Shown here one piece after another: positions 29,994-39,800 of a stretch of DNA of 64,000 bases. This DNA is from a virus (lineage: Duplodnaviria > Caudoviricetes). The translations under genes and the position numbers were made by a program. The stretch is from the IMG/VR virus record IMGVR_UViG_3300030376_006242, one strand, 5' to 3'. Each line of letters begins with the position of its first letter. Position 1 is the first letter of the stretch. The notes below the pieces were generated by a model that worked only from the letters and a program-made list of their open reading frames with translations, did no database searches and was not told the DNA's origin.

Positions 29994-30659
29994 ATGATAC
30001 TACATAAAGATCAATTAAGTAAATTTCAGTTCGAAATGGAGATTCCTGACGAACCCTATCTTGATAATTTCAGTCAAAACAAAACACACACAGCATATTA
30101 CGTTGGCGATAGATATCTAAAATTCGCAGTTGAAGAAGACACAGGCATTGTAAAAGAATGTATGTGGAGAGCACCAACAATAGAAGACCTAGAAAAAAGA
30201 AAAATTTATCCTGAACCTGGACATTATGTAATCACTATTGATGCCAAAGAATATCCGTGGGAAGCATCTTATTTGACAAACGCATACGAACATGAACCTG
30301 TGCCTTTATATGAAGAAGATGTTGGACAACTAGACAGTGATGGCAATCCAATTATTTGGGATTATGATTGGGGTCATGTTTTAAATCAAATTTACTATAT
30401 CAATGACTTGAAATACATAGACGGAAAATTTGTAAAGCCATCATTTAGATTTCATCAACACAAAGATGAAGACATATGGGAGGATATCGATGACCATATT
30501 GAAATGTGCGAAAGAGAATTGGCAAGATTAGTTTATGAACCTAATGAAAGAGAAAAAATTGAATCATGTAAAGCACAATGGATCAACATAAGAGATAATT
30601 TTAGACACGTAAAACACTGGAAGTTAAAATATCCTGATATGCCATTAATAAAACCATAG
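29994..30659 (+). CDS. Putative fibre assembly chaperone, paralogue B
   Basis: Paralogue of 28877..29533. Confidence 0.55.
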   Translation: MILHKDQLSKFQFEMEIPDEPYLDNFSQNKTHTAYYVGDRYLKFAVEEDTGIVKECMWRAPTIEDLEKRKIYPEPGHYVITIDAKEYPWEASYLTNAYEHEPVPLYEEDVGQLDSDGNPIIWDYDWGHVLNQIYYINDLKYIDGKFVKPSFRFHQHKDEDIWEDIDDHIEMCERELARLVYEPNEREKIESCKAQWINIRDNFRHVKHWKLKYPDMPLIKP

Positions 30660-30708
30660 AATCACTATCGTAATTCTACAAAAAATAAATTTATAAGTAA
30701 TTGTACAA

Positions 30709-31662
30709 ATGAGCACAGAACAAAAAAGACCTAAAGCATTCTTACTTAATGGCGGCATGGGAAGAATTATATCTGCTATTCCAGCCTTAGAAAAATATCA
30801 AGAAGAAGGAAATGATCCAAATTTTATCGTAGTAATAGAAGGAGTGTGTGACATAATGAAAGGTCATCCAACACTGGATTCTAAAACTTACGATATGTAT
30901 CATAAAAATTTATTTCACACAAAATTAGTCAACATGGACATTGTAAGTCCAGAGCCTTATAGAGTACATGAATATTTTAATCAAAAATGTAACATTGCTC
31001 AAGCATTTGATTTATTAATAAACAACAAAGGCTTAAGAGACTTACCTAAGTCAACACTTGTTTTAAGCAAAGAAGAATTAATAGCAGGAAGACAAGCAGT
31101 TGATCAAGTAAAAGAAAAACTTAAAAAAGAAAAAGTTGTTGTGATACAACCTTTTGGCAGAGCAATAGAACAAATTGATGGTTCTTTTGTAGATAAAACA
31201 AACAGAAGTATAGAGTTTTTCAATTTAAAAAGATTAATTAAAAAATTACAGGAAAAAGATTTTGCTGTTATGTTAATGTCAGAGTTTGGAATTGATTTTA
31301 AAGATGCTGGATTTCCAGATGAAGTTGCTATGCCTGAAAAAGTTGAATTAAGACAATGGGCATCAATTATAAAACACGCAGACCATTTTTTAGGATGTGA
31401 TTCATTGGGACAACACCTTGCTTACAGTTTAGATACGCCAGCAAGTGTAGTGTTTGGTGCTACATATCCAGAAAACACATCATATGCAAAATCAGATAAG
31501 TTTAACATCATAGATTTAGGACAAATGGTACGTGAATATGATCCAATTAGAATAACAATGGATGAAAGAATTAGTAGAAAACAAGAACAAATAATGACAA
31601 TGACTCCTGAAATAGAAGATTATGTAGTATCAGCAGTAAACGGTGACCCAATAGAGGATTAA
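30709..31662 (+). CDS. GT9 (ADP-heptose heptosyltransferase)-like glycosyltransferase 1
   Basis: GGMGRIISAIPAL and ADHFLGCDSLGQHLAYSLDTPASVVFGAT match the GT9 G-D-x3-P and D-S-G-x-x-H-L-A motifs. Confidence 0.75.
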   Translation: MSTEQKRPKAFLLNGGMGRIISAIPALEKYQEEGNDPNFIVVIEGVCDIMKGHPTLDSKTYDMYHKNLFHTKLVNMDIVSPEPYRVHEYFNQKCNIAQAFDLLINNKGLRDLPKSTLVLSKEELIAGRQAVDQVKEKLKKEKVVVIQPFGRAIEQIDGSFVDKTNRSIEFFNLKRLIKKLQEKDFAVMLMSEFGIDFKDAGFPDEVAMPEKVELRQWASIIKHADHFLGCDSLGQHLAYSLDTPASVVFGATYPENTSYAKSDKFNIIDLGQMVREYDPIRITMDERISRKQEQIMTMTPEIEDYVVSAVNGDPIED

Positions 31663-31664
31663 TT

Positions 31665-33494
31665 ATGGATGACATAGAAAAATATAACAAAACAGGTTAC
31701 ATTGCCGCAATAGCCAGAGGACACAATGCAGGTGTTTGTCTATTAAAAGACGGTGAAGTAGTATTTTCAATTGAAGAAGAAAGATTATCAAGAAGAAAAT
31801 ATGACGGTGGACCATATGCTTCAATGGTAGAAATTTTAAAATACACAGACAAGATTGATTATCTTGTTGTTGCTCACACACAAAGTTTAGAAGACAGATC
31901 AACTGGTAGAGTAGACTATTCAGGAGATGATGTTTACACAGGAATAGCAAGAAAATTAGGATTAATTGATAGACACGTATTTGACACAAAACATCCTCAA
32001 GTAATTGACTTGTCACACATTCATCACAAACTTCATGCCGCGTGTGCTTTTTATAGATCAGGATTTGATAAAGCAGTAGCAGTAATAGTAGACGGAGCAG
32101 GAACTTTTATTCCAATTAATAACAGTGTGTCAGGACAAACAACTGTGTTTGAAGTAGAAAGTATTTTTAGTTGTGATTATCCAAATGATATCTACGCACT
32201 GTACAAACATTATGGAACAGGTGAAGCAAGTCCAGGAGCATTTTATCCAGACTTTGCTTCTGATTCAATAGGTGAGCCAGGCAAAACACACCAAGCATTA
32301 TTCACAGACAGAGCAGGAATTGTAAAAGTTTATGAAGCAGTAACACAGTATTGTGGATTCAGTGCCATTGAAGCAGGAAAGACAATGGGATTATTTCCTT
32401 ATGGAAAAGAAAATGATATTATTCCACCATTGTTTAAGAAAGAAGGACACTATTCTTTATCTAATAGAAACTTAATTGTGCCAACATATCCTAATGCATC
32501 GTTAGTAAACAGTGGATTATATCCATTTATAGATCAAAATCCTGAATCAGAAGACAAAGACGATTGGACAAAAATGCAAAATAGAAGAGATTTGGCATAT
32601 GCTGTACAAAAAGAATCACAAAAAGAATGTTTAGACTTAATTTACAAAGCAGTACAGATGAGTGGATGTAAAAATGTTGTGTTTTCAGGAGGATATGGAT
32701 TAAATTGTGTAGCAAATTATTATTATTTAGATAGTTTAAAGAAAGATGGCATAAAATTTTACGCAGAACCAGTTTCAAATGATGCGGGAACGGCTATGGG
32801 TGCCGCAATGTTGTTCTATTACAGTCTAACACAAACAAAAGAAAAGAAAGTTGATGAACCTACACTATACTTAGGTCCAAAAAGAACATACACAGATGAA
32901 CAAATACAAAATGTTTGTGCTCAAGATGGTGTAGAATTAACAGAAGCAACCAACGAAGAAGTTGTAAAAATTATTGCTGAAAGAAATATTGTTTCAATAT
33001 TCCAAGGAGCAAGTGAAAACGGTCCAAGAGCATTGGGTAACAGATCAATATTGTATGATCCAAGAGACCCTAATGGTAAAGACCACGTAAACAAAGTTAA
33101 ACATAGAGAATATTTCAGACCATTTGCCGGAACTATACTACATGAATTTGTACATGAATGGTTTGACTTGCGTGGTATGGAAGAAACACCACATATGATG
33201 TATGCTGTAAACTGTCAACCAGGCATAGAAGAAAAAATTCCAAGTATTATTCACGTTGATGGAACTTGTAGAATACAATCAGTTAAGAGAGAACAAAATC
33301 CTTTGTACTATGACTTAATCAAAGAGTTTCATAAACAAACAGATTGTCCTATTATATTCAATACTTCATTTAATTTAGGTGGTGAACCGTTAGTTGAAAC
33401 TTTAGAAGATGCTGTACGCACATTGATACACAGTGAAATTGAGTATTTGTACTTGCCTGAATATAACAAATTAATAAAGGTAGCAAATAAATGA
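31665..33494 (+). CDS. O-carbamoyltransferase, NodU/CmcH/TobZ family
   Basis: EEERLSRRK, HHKLHA, DGAG, GKTMGL, GG-x-GLNCVAN, DAG-x-A-x-GAA, GPRALGNRS, KHRE-x-FRPFA, HVDGT, NTSFN..GEP. Confidence 0.93.
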   Translation: MDDIEKYNKTGYIAAIARGHNAGVCLLKDGEVVFSIEEERLSRRKYDGGPYASMVEILKYTDKIDYLVVAHTQSLEDRSTGRVDYSGDDVYTGIARKLGLIDRHVFDTKHPQVIDLSHIHHKLHAACAFYRSGFDKAVAVIVDGAGTFIPINNSVSGQTTVFEVESIFSCDYPNDIYALYKHYGTGEASPGAFYPDFASDSIGEPGKTHQALFTDRAGIVKVYEAVTQYCGFSAIEAGKTMGLFPYGKENDIIPPLFKKEGHYSLSNRNLIVPTYPNASLVNSGLYPFIDQNPESEDKDDWTKMQNRRDLAYAVQKESQKECLDLIYKAVQMSGCKNVVFSGGYGLNCVANYYYLDSLKKDGIKFYAEPVSNDAGTAMGAAMLFYYSLTQTKEKKVDEPTLYLGPKRTYTDEQIQNVCAQDGVELTEATNEEVVKIIAERNIVSIFQGASENGPRALGNRSILYDPRDPNGKDHVNKVKHREYFRPFAGTILHEFVHEWFDLRGMEETPHMMYAVNCQPGIEEKIPSIIHVDGTCRIQSVKREQNPLYYDLIKEFHKQTDCPIIFNTSFNLGGEPLVETLEDAVRTLIHSEIEYLYLPEYNKLIKVANK

Positions 33495-34468
33495 AAAAGA
33501 CAGCAATATTTTTAAATGGCGGAGCAGGTAGAATGATCAGTTCTATTCCAGCAGTAGAAAAATACCTAGAAGAAAACCCAGATAAAGATCCAATTTTAGT
33601 TTGTGAAGGTGGTACAGATGTATTCAAAGGTCATCCTAAATTTCATTTTAGAGCATATGACAGTTGGCACAAAAATTTGTTCCAAGAAATGCTTAAAGAT
33701 AGAGAATTAATTAGTCCAGAGCCTTATAGAATATGGGAATATTACAATCAAAAGTGTAGTCTTGCTCAAGCATATGATATTGCTATTAATAATAAAGGAA
33801 TAAGAGACCTACCTAAACCTACAATAAGATTAAGCAAAGAAGAATTACTGATGGCAAGACAAATGATTACTGAAGTAAAAGAAAAAACAGGCAAAGATAA
33901 AATTATAGTAGTTCAACCTTTTGGAAGAGGTGCTCAACCTGAGAAAATTACTGAAAAACAAATGGAAAAAGGTAAACAACCTGATATTTCAGATGTTACA
34001 GGTAGAAGTATTGAACTGAAAAACCTCTGGAGCATTGTAAGAAAATTATCTAAAAAGTATGGCGTTATGATGATGAGTGAATTTCCACTAGAATTTAAAA
34101 ATCATATGTCGGCACCAGTGGCTACACCTATGAATGTTCACATTAGAATATGGATGGCATTAATTAAACAGACCAATCATTTTGTTGGCTGTGATTCTGT
34201 AGGGCAACACCTTGCTTATGCATTTGATAAAACAGCCACAGTAATAATAGGTTCAACGTATCCTATAAACACATCATTTCCTGATGCTGAAAATATAGAT
34301 ATTATTGACCTTGGATCGGAAGATAGAGTATATTCACCAATTAGAATCACATCAGATGAGTTTAGCGATAGGCTGAATGAGGGAATAATGGCTATGGAAG
34401 ACCAAACTGAAGACAAGGTAGTGAAGTCAGTTGAAAAGATGCTTAAACAGAGCAAAAACAAGCAGTAA
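33491..34468 (+). CDS. GT9-like glycosyltransferase 2 (paralogue of 30709..31662)
   Basis: GGAGRMISSIPAV, SPEPYR, QPFGR, HFVGCDSVGQHLAY; ATGA-type overlap region with the carbamoyltransferase end. Confidence 0.75.
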   Translation: MKKTAIFLNGGAGRMISSIPAVEKYLEENPDKDPILVCEGGTDVFKGHPKFHFRAYDSWHKNLFQEMLKDRELISPEPYRIWEYYNQKCSLAQAYDIAINNKGIRDLPKPTIRLSKEELLMARQMITEVKEKTGKDKIIVVQPFGRGAQPEKITEKQMEKGKQPDISDVTGRSIELKNLWSIVRKLSKKYGVMMMSEFPLEFKNHMSAPVATPMNVHIRIWMALIKQTNHFVGCDSVGQHLAYAFDKTATVIIGSTYPINTSFPDAENIDIIDLGSEDRVYSPIRITSDEFSDRLNEGIMAMEDQTEDKVVKSVEKMLKQSKNKQ

Positions 34469-34537
34469 TACCCAAAATACAGTAGTAATACAATAGTTCT
34501 AAAATAGGTAAATACACTATAATAAGGATTATTCTAT

Positions 34538-34972
34538 ATGTTTGATGTATCAAGATTTTTTGGAAAAGGAGACAGAAATACTCTTCTAATGAAGAACGGG
34601 TTAAACCTGTCTTACAATGGGCCATATTCTGTAGTAGAAGATGGCATGATACTTGACCAATGGCACGTGAATACATTCACCACAGCAGAATATACAATCA
34701 GTGTAGATTACGACACAAACAATAAAGAAATTTTAAAAGTACTTGTAGCGGCAAGTCCTAATCAAAGCAGTTTATCAATATATGGTAGATCTAATCTAGG
34801 AAACAATTTAATAAAGATTGCAAGTGAAGTTAATAACTCATATGTAAGAATTAAAATTGATCCAGCAGATAAAAGTGCAACAGAAAAATATAGTGGTTCA
34901 AAAATTATATTTGGTGCTACTTATTTTGCCACGCAAAATGCTTTGGTAGGTGGAACGCAGGTAACAGAATAA
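34538..34972 (+). CDS. Hypothetical virion protein
   Basis: Late box GTAAATA at 34508; beta-rich LDQW..FTTAEYTI domain. Confidence 0.7.
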   Translation: MFDVSRFFGKGDRNTLLMKNGLNLSYNGPYSVVEDGMILDQWHVNTFTTAEYTISVDYDTNNKEILKVLVAASPNQSSLSIYGRSNLGNNLIKIASEVNNSYVRIKIDPADKSATEKYSGSKIIFGATYFATQNALVGGTQVTE

Positions 34973-34991
34973 TAAATATGGATGTAGCATA

Positions 34992-36854
34992 ATGGCAGTT
35001 GTTTTTAAACCTTTTGAAACGGATTACGGGTATAAGTCACCAGGATTTAGTGTTGACACAAATGGTAATGTTACTGTCCGTACCGTTACAACCACATACA
35101 TACCACCAGTAATTCCACCAGCACCTGATTTTAACGTAAATGAAACAGCAGGTGCATTTACTTTCTTAAACAAAGGTACTGCTGTGGCAGGAAATAATCC
35201 TCAAATCACAGTTGAAAGAGGAACAACTTATACGTTTGTTTTGAATACAAGCAGTTTGGCTTTCAATGTTTATAAACCAGATGTAGGAAATACAAGTGTT
35301 CCTGGTTTATTATACAGTGAAGGATTATCTCACGCAAATACAGTATCAGGTGAAAATTTAGCAACAGGTACAATAAGTTTTACACAAACGTGGCAACAAC
35401 AATCGTCAGGATTTAGTAGAACTGCTCAAGTGGTAGTGCCAGACACAACAGGCACAGCATTAGAAGGCAAAAAAATTCCTGTGGTTATTTCATTACATGA
35501 CGATGGATTTACTCAAGCAAACGGTATAACCAATGTTAATTTTATCACAGACAAAATTTTAATAGCACCTCAAGGTTACAACAATCAATGGAACATTGGT
35601 TATCAAACATCTAAAGCAGACGATATTGCTTTACTTGATTCAATTATTTCAAGTTTAAGTGACTATGACAATGTTGACACAAGAGAAATCACAATAATTG
35701 GTTACGGTAACGGTGGGCAATTAGCATTACAATATTCAAATTATTCTCAAAATGCTTCAGTAAAAAATATTATCGCATTTAATGGACTTTTAAATGTTGA
35801 TCAATATCAAACAGTAGATCACAGTTTTTACACATATGATTTAGATGATCAAGTACAAGACCAATCAACTATTATTAATTGGACAAGTGTTACTCCACTG
35901 GGTAGTAAAAATGTTTTAATGTTCAATGGTAAAGATGATTTAAATTTCCTTTACAATGGTGGCACAGTTGGTGCTCAAGAATTATACAGTGCTGAAAATT
36001 CTATATATGGAATGGCTAGAGCAGATGGCTCAACTGAAGATAAAATTACAACAGCAACATCTGAATCAGACGGCAGTGAAAGTTTCACATACGACAACGG
36101 CGCTATAAGATTATATGCCTTTCCAGGTGTAGCAAATAATTTTACAACGTATCAAAACGTTATTAGAACAAGAATAAACTCTACAATAGCAACAAGCACA
36201 TACTTAGATATTCCAGTTGCTACTACATTGACTGATGCAGAAGCACAAGGTAAACAATCAGGAACTTTAACATATGCTGTTCCTGTTGATGCTCCAGATA
36301 CACTTTACTACGGAGATACAGACGGTGTTCCTTATGGACAATTAACTGTTGCTCAACCAAGTATAATTGGTGCTGGTGTATTCAGTTCAATTTTAGATAC
36401 AGGCGATTTATTAGCAGAAGGACAAGATGCACAAATTAGGTTAAGTCCTTCAGGAACAGGTACAGTCACAATTAATCCTGCAACAACAGGTACTGTGAAC
36501 AACGTAAATGTAAACGCACAAAATTTATCAACAAGTGGAAATGTAAGTTTAACACCAAATGCTGATGTAACAATCAGTCCACAAGCGGGAGGCACACTTA
36601 CTATGAGACCTACTGACACTGGTCTTGTAGATAATGTATCAATAGGGTCTGTAATACCAAGAAATGGAACCTTTTCAACATTGAATTCTTCCCAAGGAAC
36701 GTTAAATAACACTACATTAGGATTAACAACGGCGGCACAGGCGGCTTTTACATCGGCTACTGTTTCAAGTAACCCAAGTAATGCTAATGATGTTACAAAG
36801 AAGCAATATGTTGATAACACAGCCACAGTGTTATCGATAGCATTAGGAGTATAG
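34992..36854 (+). CDS. Virion fibre protein carrying an inactive alpha/beta-hydrolase (PHB-depolymerase/LpqC-like) domain
   Basis: PVVISLH, APQG...W, DDIA.L..II, GYGNGG (Ser replaced by Gly), NG-x-DD; C-terminal KQYVD..SIALG. Confidence 0.7.
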   Translation: MAVVFKPFETDYGYKSPGFSVDTNGNVTVRTVTTTYIPPVIPPAPDFNVNETAGAFTFLNKGTAVAGNNPQITVERGTTYTFVLNTSSLAFNVYKPDVGNTSVPGLLYSEGLSHANTVSGENLATGTISFTQTWQQQSSGFSRTAQVVVPDTTGTALEGKKIPVVISLHDDGFTQANGITNVNFITDKILIAPQGYNNQWNIGYQTSKADDIALLDSIISSLSDYDNVDTREITIIGYGNGGQLALQYSNYSQNASVKNIIAFNGLLNVDQYQTVDHSFYTYDLDDQVQDQSTIINWTSVTPLGSKNVLMFNGKDDLNFLYNGGTVGAQELYSAENSIYGMARADGSTEDKITTATSESDGSESFTYDNGAIRLYAFPGVANNFTTYQNVIRTRINSTIATSTYLDIPVATTLTDAEAQGKQSGTLTYAVPVDAPDTLYYGDTDGVPYGQLTVAQPSIIGAGVFSSILDTGDLLAEGQDAQIRLSPSGTGTVTINPATTGTVNNVNVNAQNLSTSGNVSLTPNADVTISPQAGGTLTMRPTDTGLVDNVSIGSVIPRNGTFSTLNSSQGTLNNTTLGLTTAAQAAFTSATVSSNPSNANDVTKKQYVDNTATVLSIALGV

Positions 36855-36860
36855 AAAAGA

Positions 36861-39800
36861 ATGGCAAAGAAACGTATTAATACATACAAATTTACACCAG
36901 GAATACCACAAAGCGGAAATCTTTATCCTAACGCATGGGCTCAAATTAATGCCAACAAAGAATGGTTAAAAGATGAATCCAATGCTTACATAGATTATAA
37001 AATTACAGAAGACACAGCGGCTGATTTATTTCCAAGTGCATCATTAAGATATCTAAACAACAGAGAATATGTCAAAGCAGAAGTGGCGGCATGGGTAGCG
37101 GCACAAGTCGCAGGCAATATATCACCATTTGCTGGATACACAAAAACAGCAACACAGATTAAAAATGATGTTGAAAAAGTAATTAATGCGGCATATCTTG
37201 ATATGAGATATGGCGGTAATGAAAACGTAAGAACAGTATCTCAAAGTTATTATGTAGACGGAGTTCTACAATTAGCGGCGGCTGGTGAACCAGAATTAGC
37301 ATATTGGAATAAAGCAAAACAAATTATAGACTTATACATCTTCACAGGTTTAGCATACGGCACTATTAACGTAGAAGGTATATCACAAAATACGTCAGGT
37401 TCAAATGGTGAAGCAGGTGGTAAAACAAATTTTGCGGCTAACATGGCTGTAATAGACAATGTTGTTGACAACGGTATTTTAAATTTACCAGCACTTGTAA
37501 GTTCGGCTTATGTATTTGCTAACTTTACATATGAACCATATCTTTGTGAAAGAGATATGGGTTACAACATTGATGGTCTTTTAACAGATTTAAGATATGG
37601 TGGTAATGAACAGTCAAGATATAACGCATCAACTTATTGGGTTGGCACAGTTTCTGTATTGACTGGTGACAGACAACCTGAATTAGCAGTAAAAAATGAA
37701 ATTAGAAATATCATAAACAACTATGTAATACCAGGTATTGCTTTTACTTCAAAACAATCACCAGTTGTTACACAACAAACTATTTTAGGCACTCCTGGAG
37801 AAGCAGGTGCCACATCGAGAATAACTGCACTAGTAGGTATAATCACAGATGTAATTACAAATGGTTTAGATAATTTACCTACACAAATTAACAACGGTAT
37901 TTCAAGTGTTAAAATTCCAGAAAGAGTAGAACTATCAGAATTATTATTGATTACAAACACAACATCAAACAATGTGTTGTACACTTTCAATGATCCGGCA
38001 AAAGGAGCAACAGCAACTTATAGAAGAGAATACACAGATGACACTTCAAACCCAACTCCGTTTGTTGATCCTGATTTCCCTAAAGCATTCCATGGTAATG
38101 ATACAATCACTACTATATTTTTAAATGCTGATACATCTACAGATAATGCGTTAGATCAATTACAAATTTTTGTTGAAGATGATGAAATAAGAACACGTCC
38201 ATATGACTTTGGAACAGATGCAATTGAAAGAATGAGAGTTGCACAACCTGAGTCAATGCTTGATGCTGACTTTGAGTATGGATTACAGCCTACGAAGTGG
38301 CAAGCAATTGCAACACAAAGAGGTTATCCATCAATTTACGAAGTACCAGGTACAGACTTTGACATATCATCAGTAACATCAGATGCTTCAGCAGGTACAC
38401 AAGGTATTGGTTCTTCTTTAATTACAGTTACAACAATTGGTCCACACAATTTTGAAGCAGGACAACCTTTTACAATTACAGGATTTGACAACTCTGTGGC
38501 AGGAGCAAGTAGAGCCGCAGGTTCATTTGTAGTAAACACAGTTCCTACAACAACATCATTCACTTATTATGGAAAAGCAAAAGTTGGAACAGTTAATCCT
38601 ACAACAATTTCTACAAACTTTACTCAATTGAGAGAAGGAGACTTTTACACAGGTGCGGCAATTGGTTTCCCATCATTCAGTGTTGCTTCAAATGGATCTT
38701 CAGGAAATTTTGTAACAAGTTTGGCAACATTATCAGGTTCAACAATTTTACCTTACACAGGAGTACAACCAGAAATAGGTGCTCCTTTAACAGGAACAGG
38801 AATACAAACAGGTACACAAATTACTGCTGTTAATGGTTCAGGTGGTGCGTTAGCATCTCCAACTGTAACAGGTGATTACTCAGCAGGTGCAACAGAAATT
38901 ACTGTGGCAGATTCCGCTGGTATTATTCAAAACTCAGTGATTGACAGAGGTGATGGATTTGCTGTAACAATTATAAACGTGGCAGGAAATCAATTAACTT
39001 TAAGTGCTCCATTGAACCAAGACTTAATTGGTGACATCACACAATATACAAATTTAGCAGGTGTAAATTACACACCAGCAGGACAATTAGCAAGATTTGA
39101 TGTGTTTAGAGTAGGAGGAGCATATTCAGTTTCAATAGTAACAAATGGACAAGTTGGTTCAGGACAAGATTATGCTGTTGGAGATGCTATTATAGTAAGT
39201 GGTACAGACTTAGGCGGAGCAACACCTGCCAATGACGCTACAATACTTGTAGAATCTGTTGACACAGGTGGAGAAATTTTAACAGCATCAGTATCAGGTA
39301 CAGCATTCACAGGAACAGGTACAGCATCAGCAGTACAAACAGTGTTCCAAGGTGGTGTTGGTACAGGTGCACAAATAAACGTAACAAAAAATGCCGGCTC
39401 ATACACAGTGGCTCTTAATGCTCCATCATACACTAACGTAACATTAGGAACTTTCCCAGGCACAAACGGTAATGGTGGTATTTTTGATGTTGCTGTTGAT
39501 TCAGGTGTATACACAGTAACAATTGATACAGCAGGTACAGGGTATATTGAAAATGATGTTGTAAGAATAGCAGGTTCAGTTTTTGGTGGAACAGGTGCTA
39601 ACGATTTAGATATTAGAGTTACATCAGTTGGAGGTAGCGGAGAAATTCAAACAATTAATGCGGCAGGTACAGCACCAGATCAAACTGTACAATACGTAAG
39701 TCCAACATACACAACTGCAAGTGCAGGTGGCGTTACAGCGTCATTTACTGTTACAAGAACAGGAACAAGTTACTCAGCAGTAGTAACAACAATAGGAACT

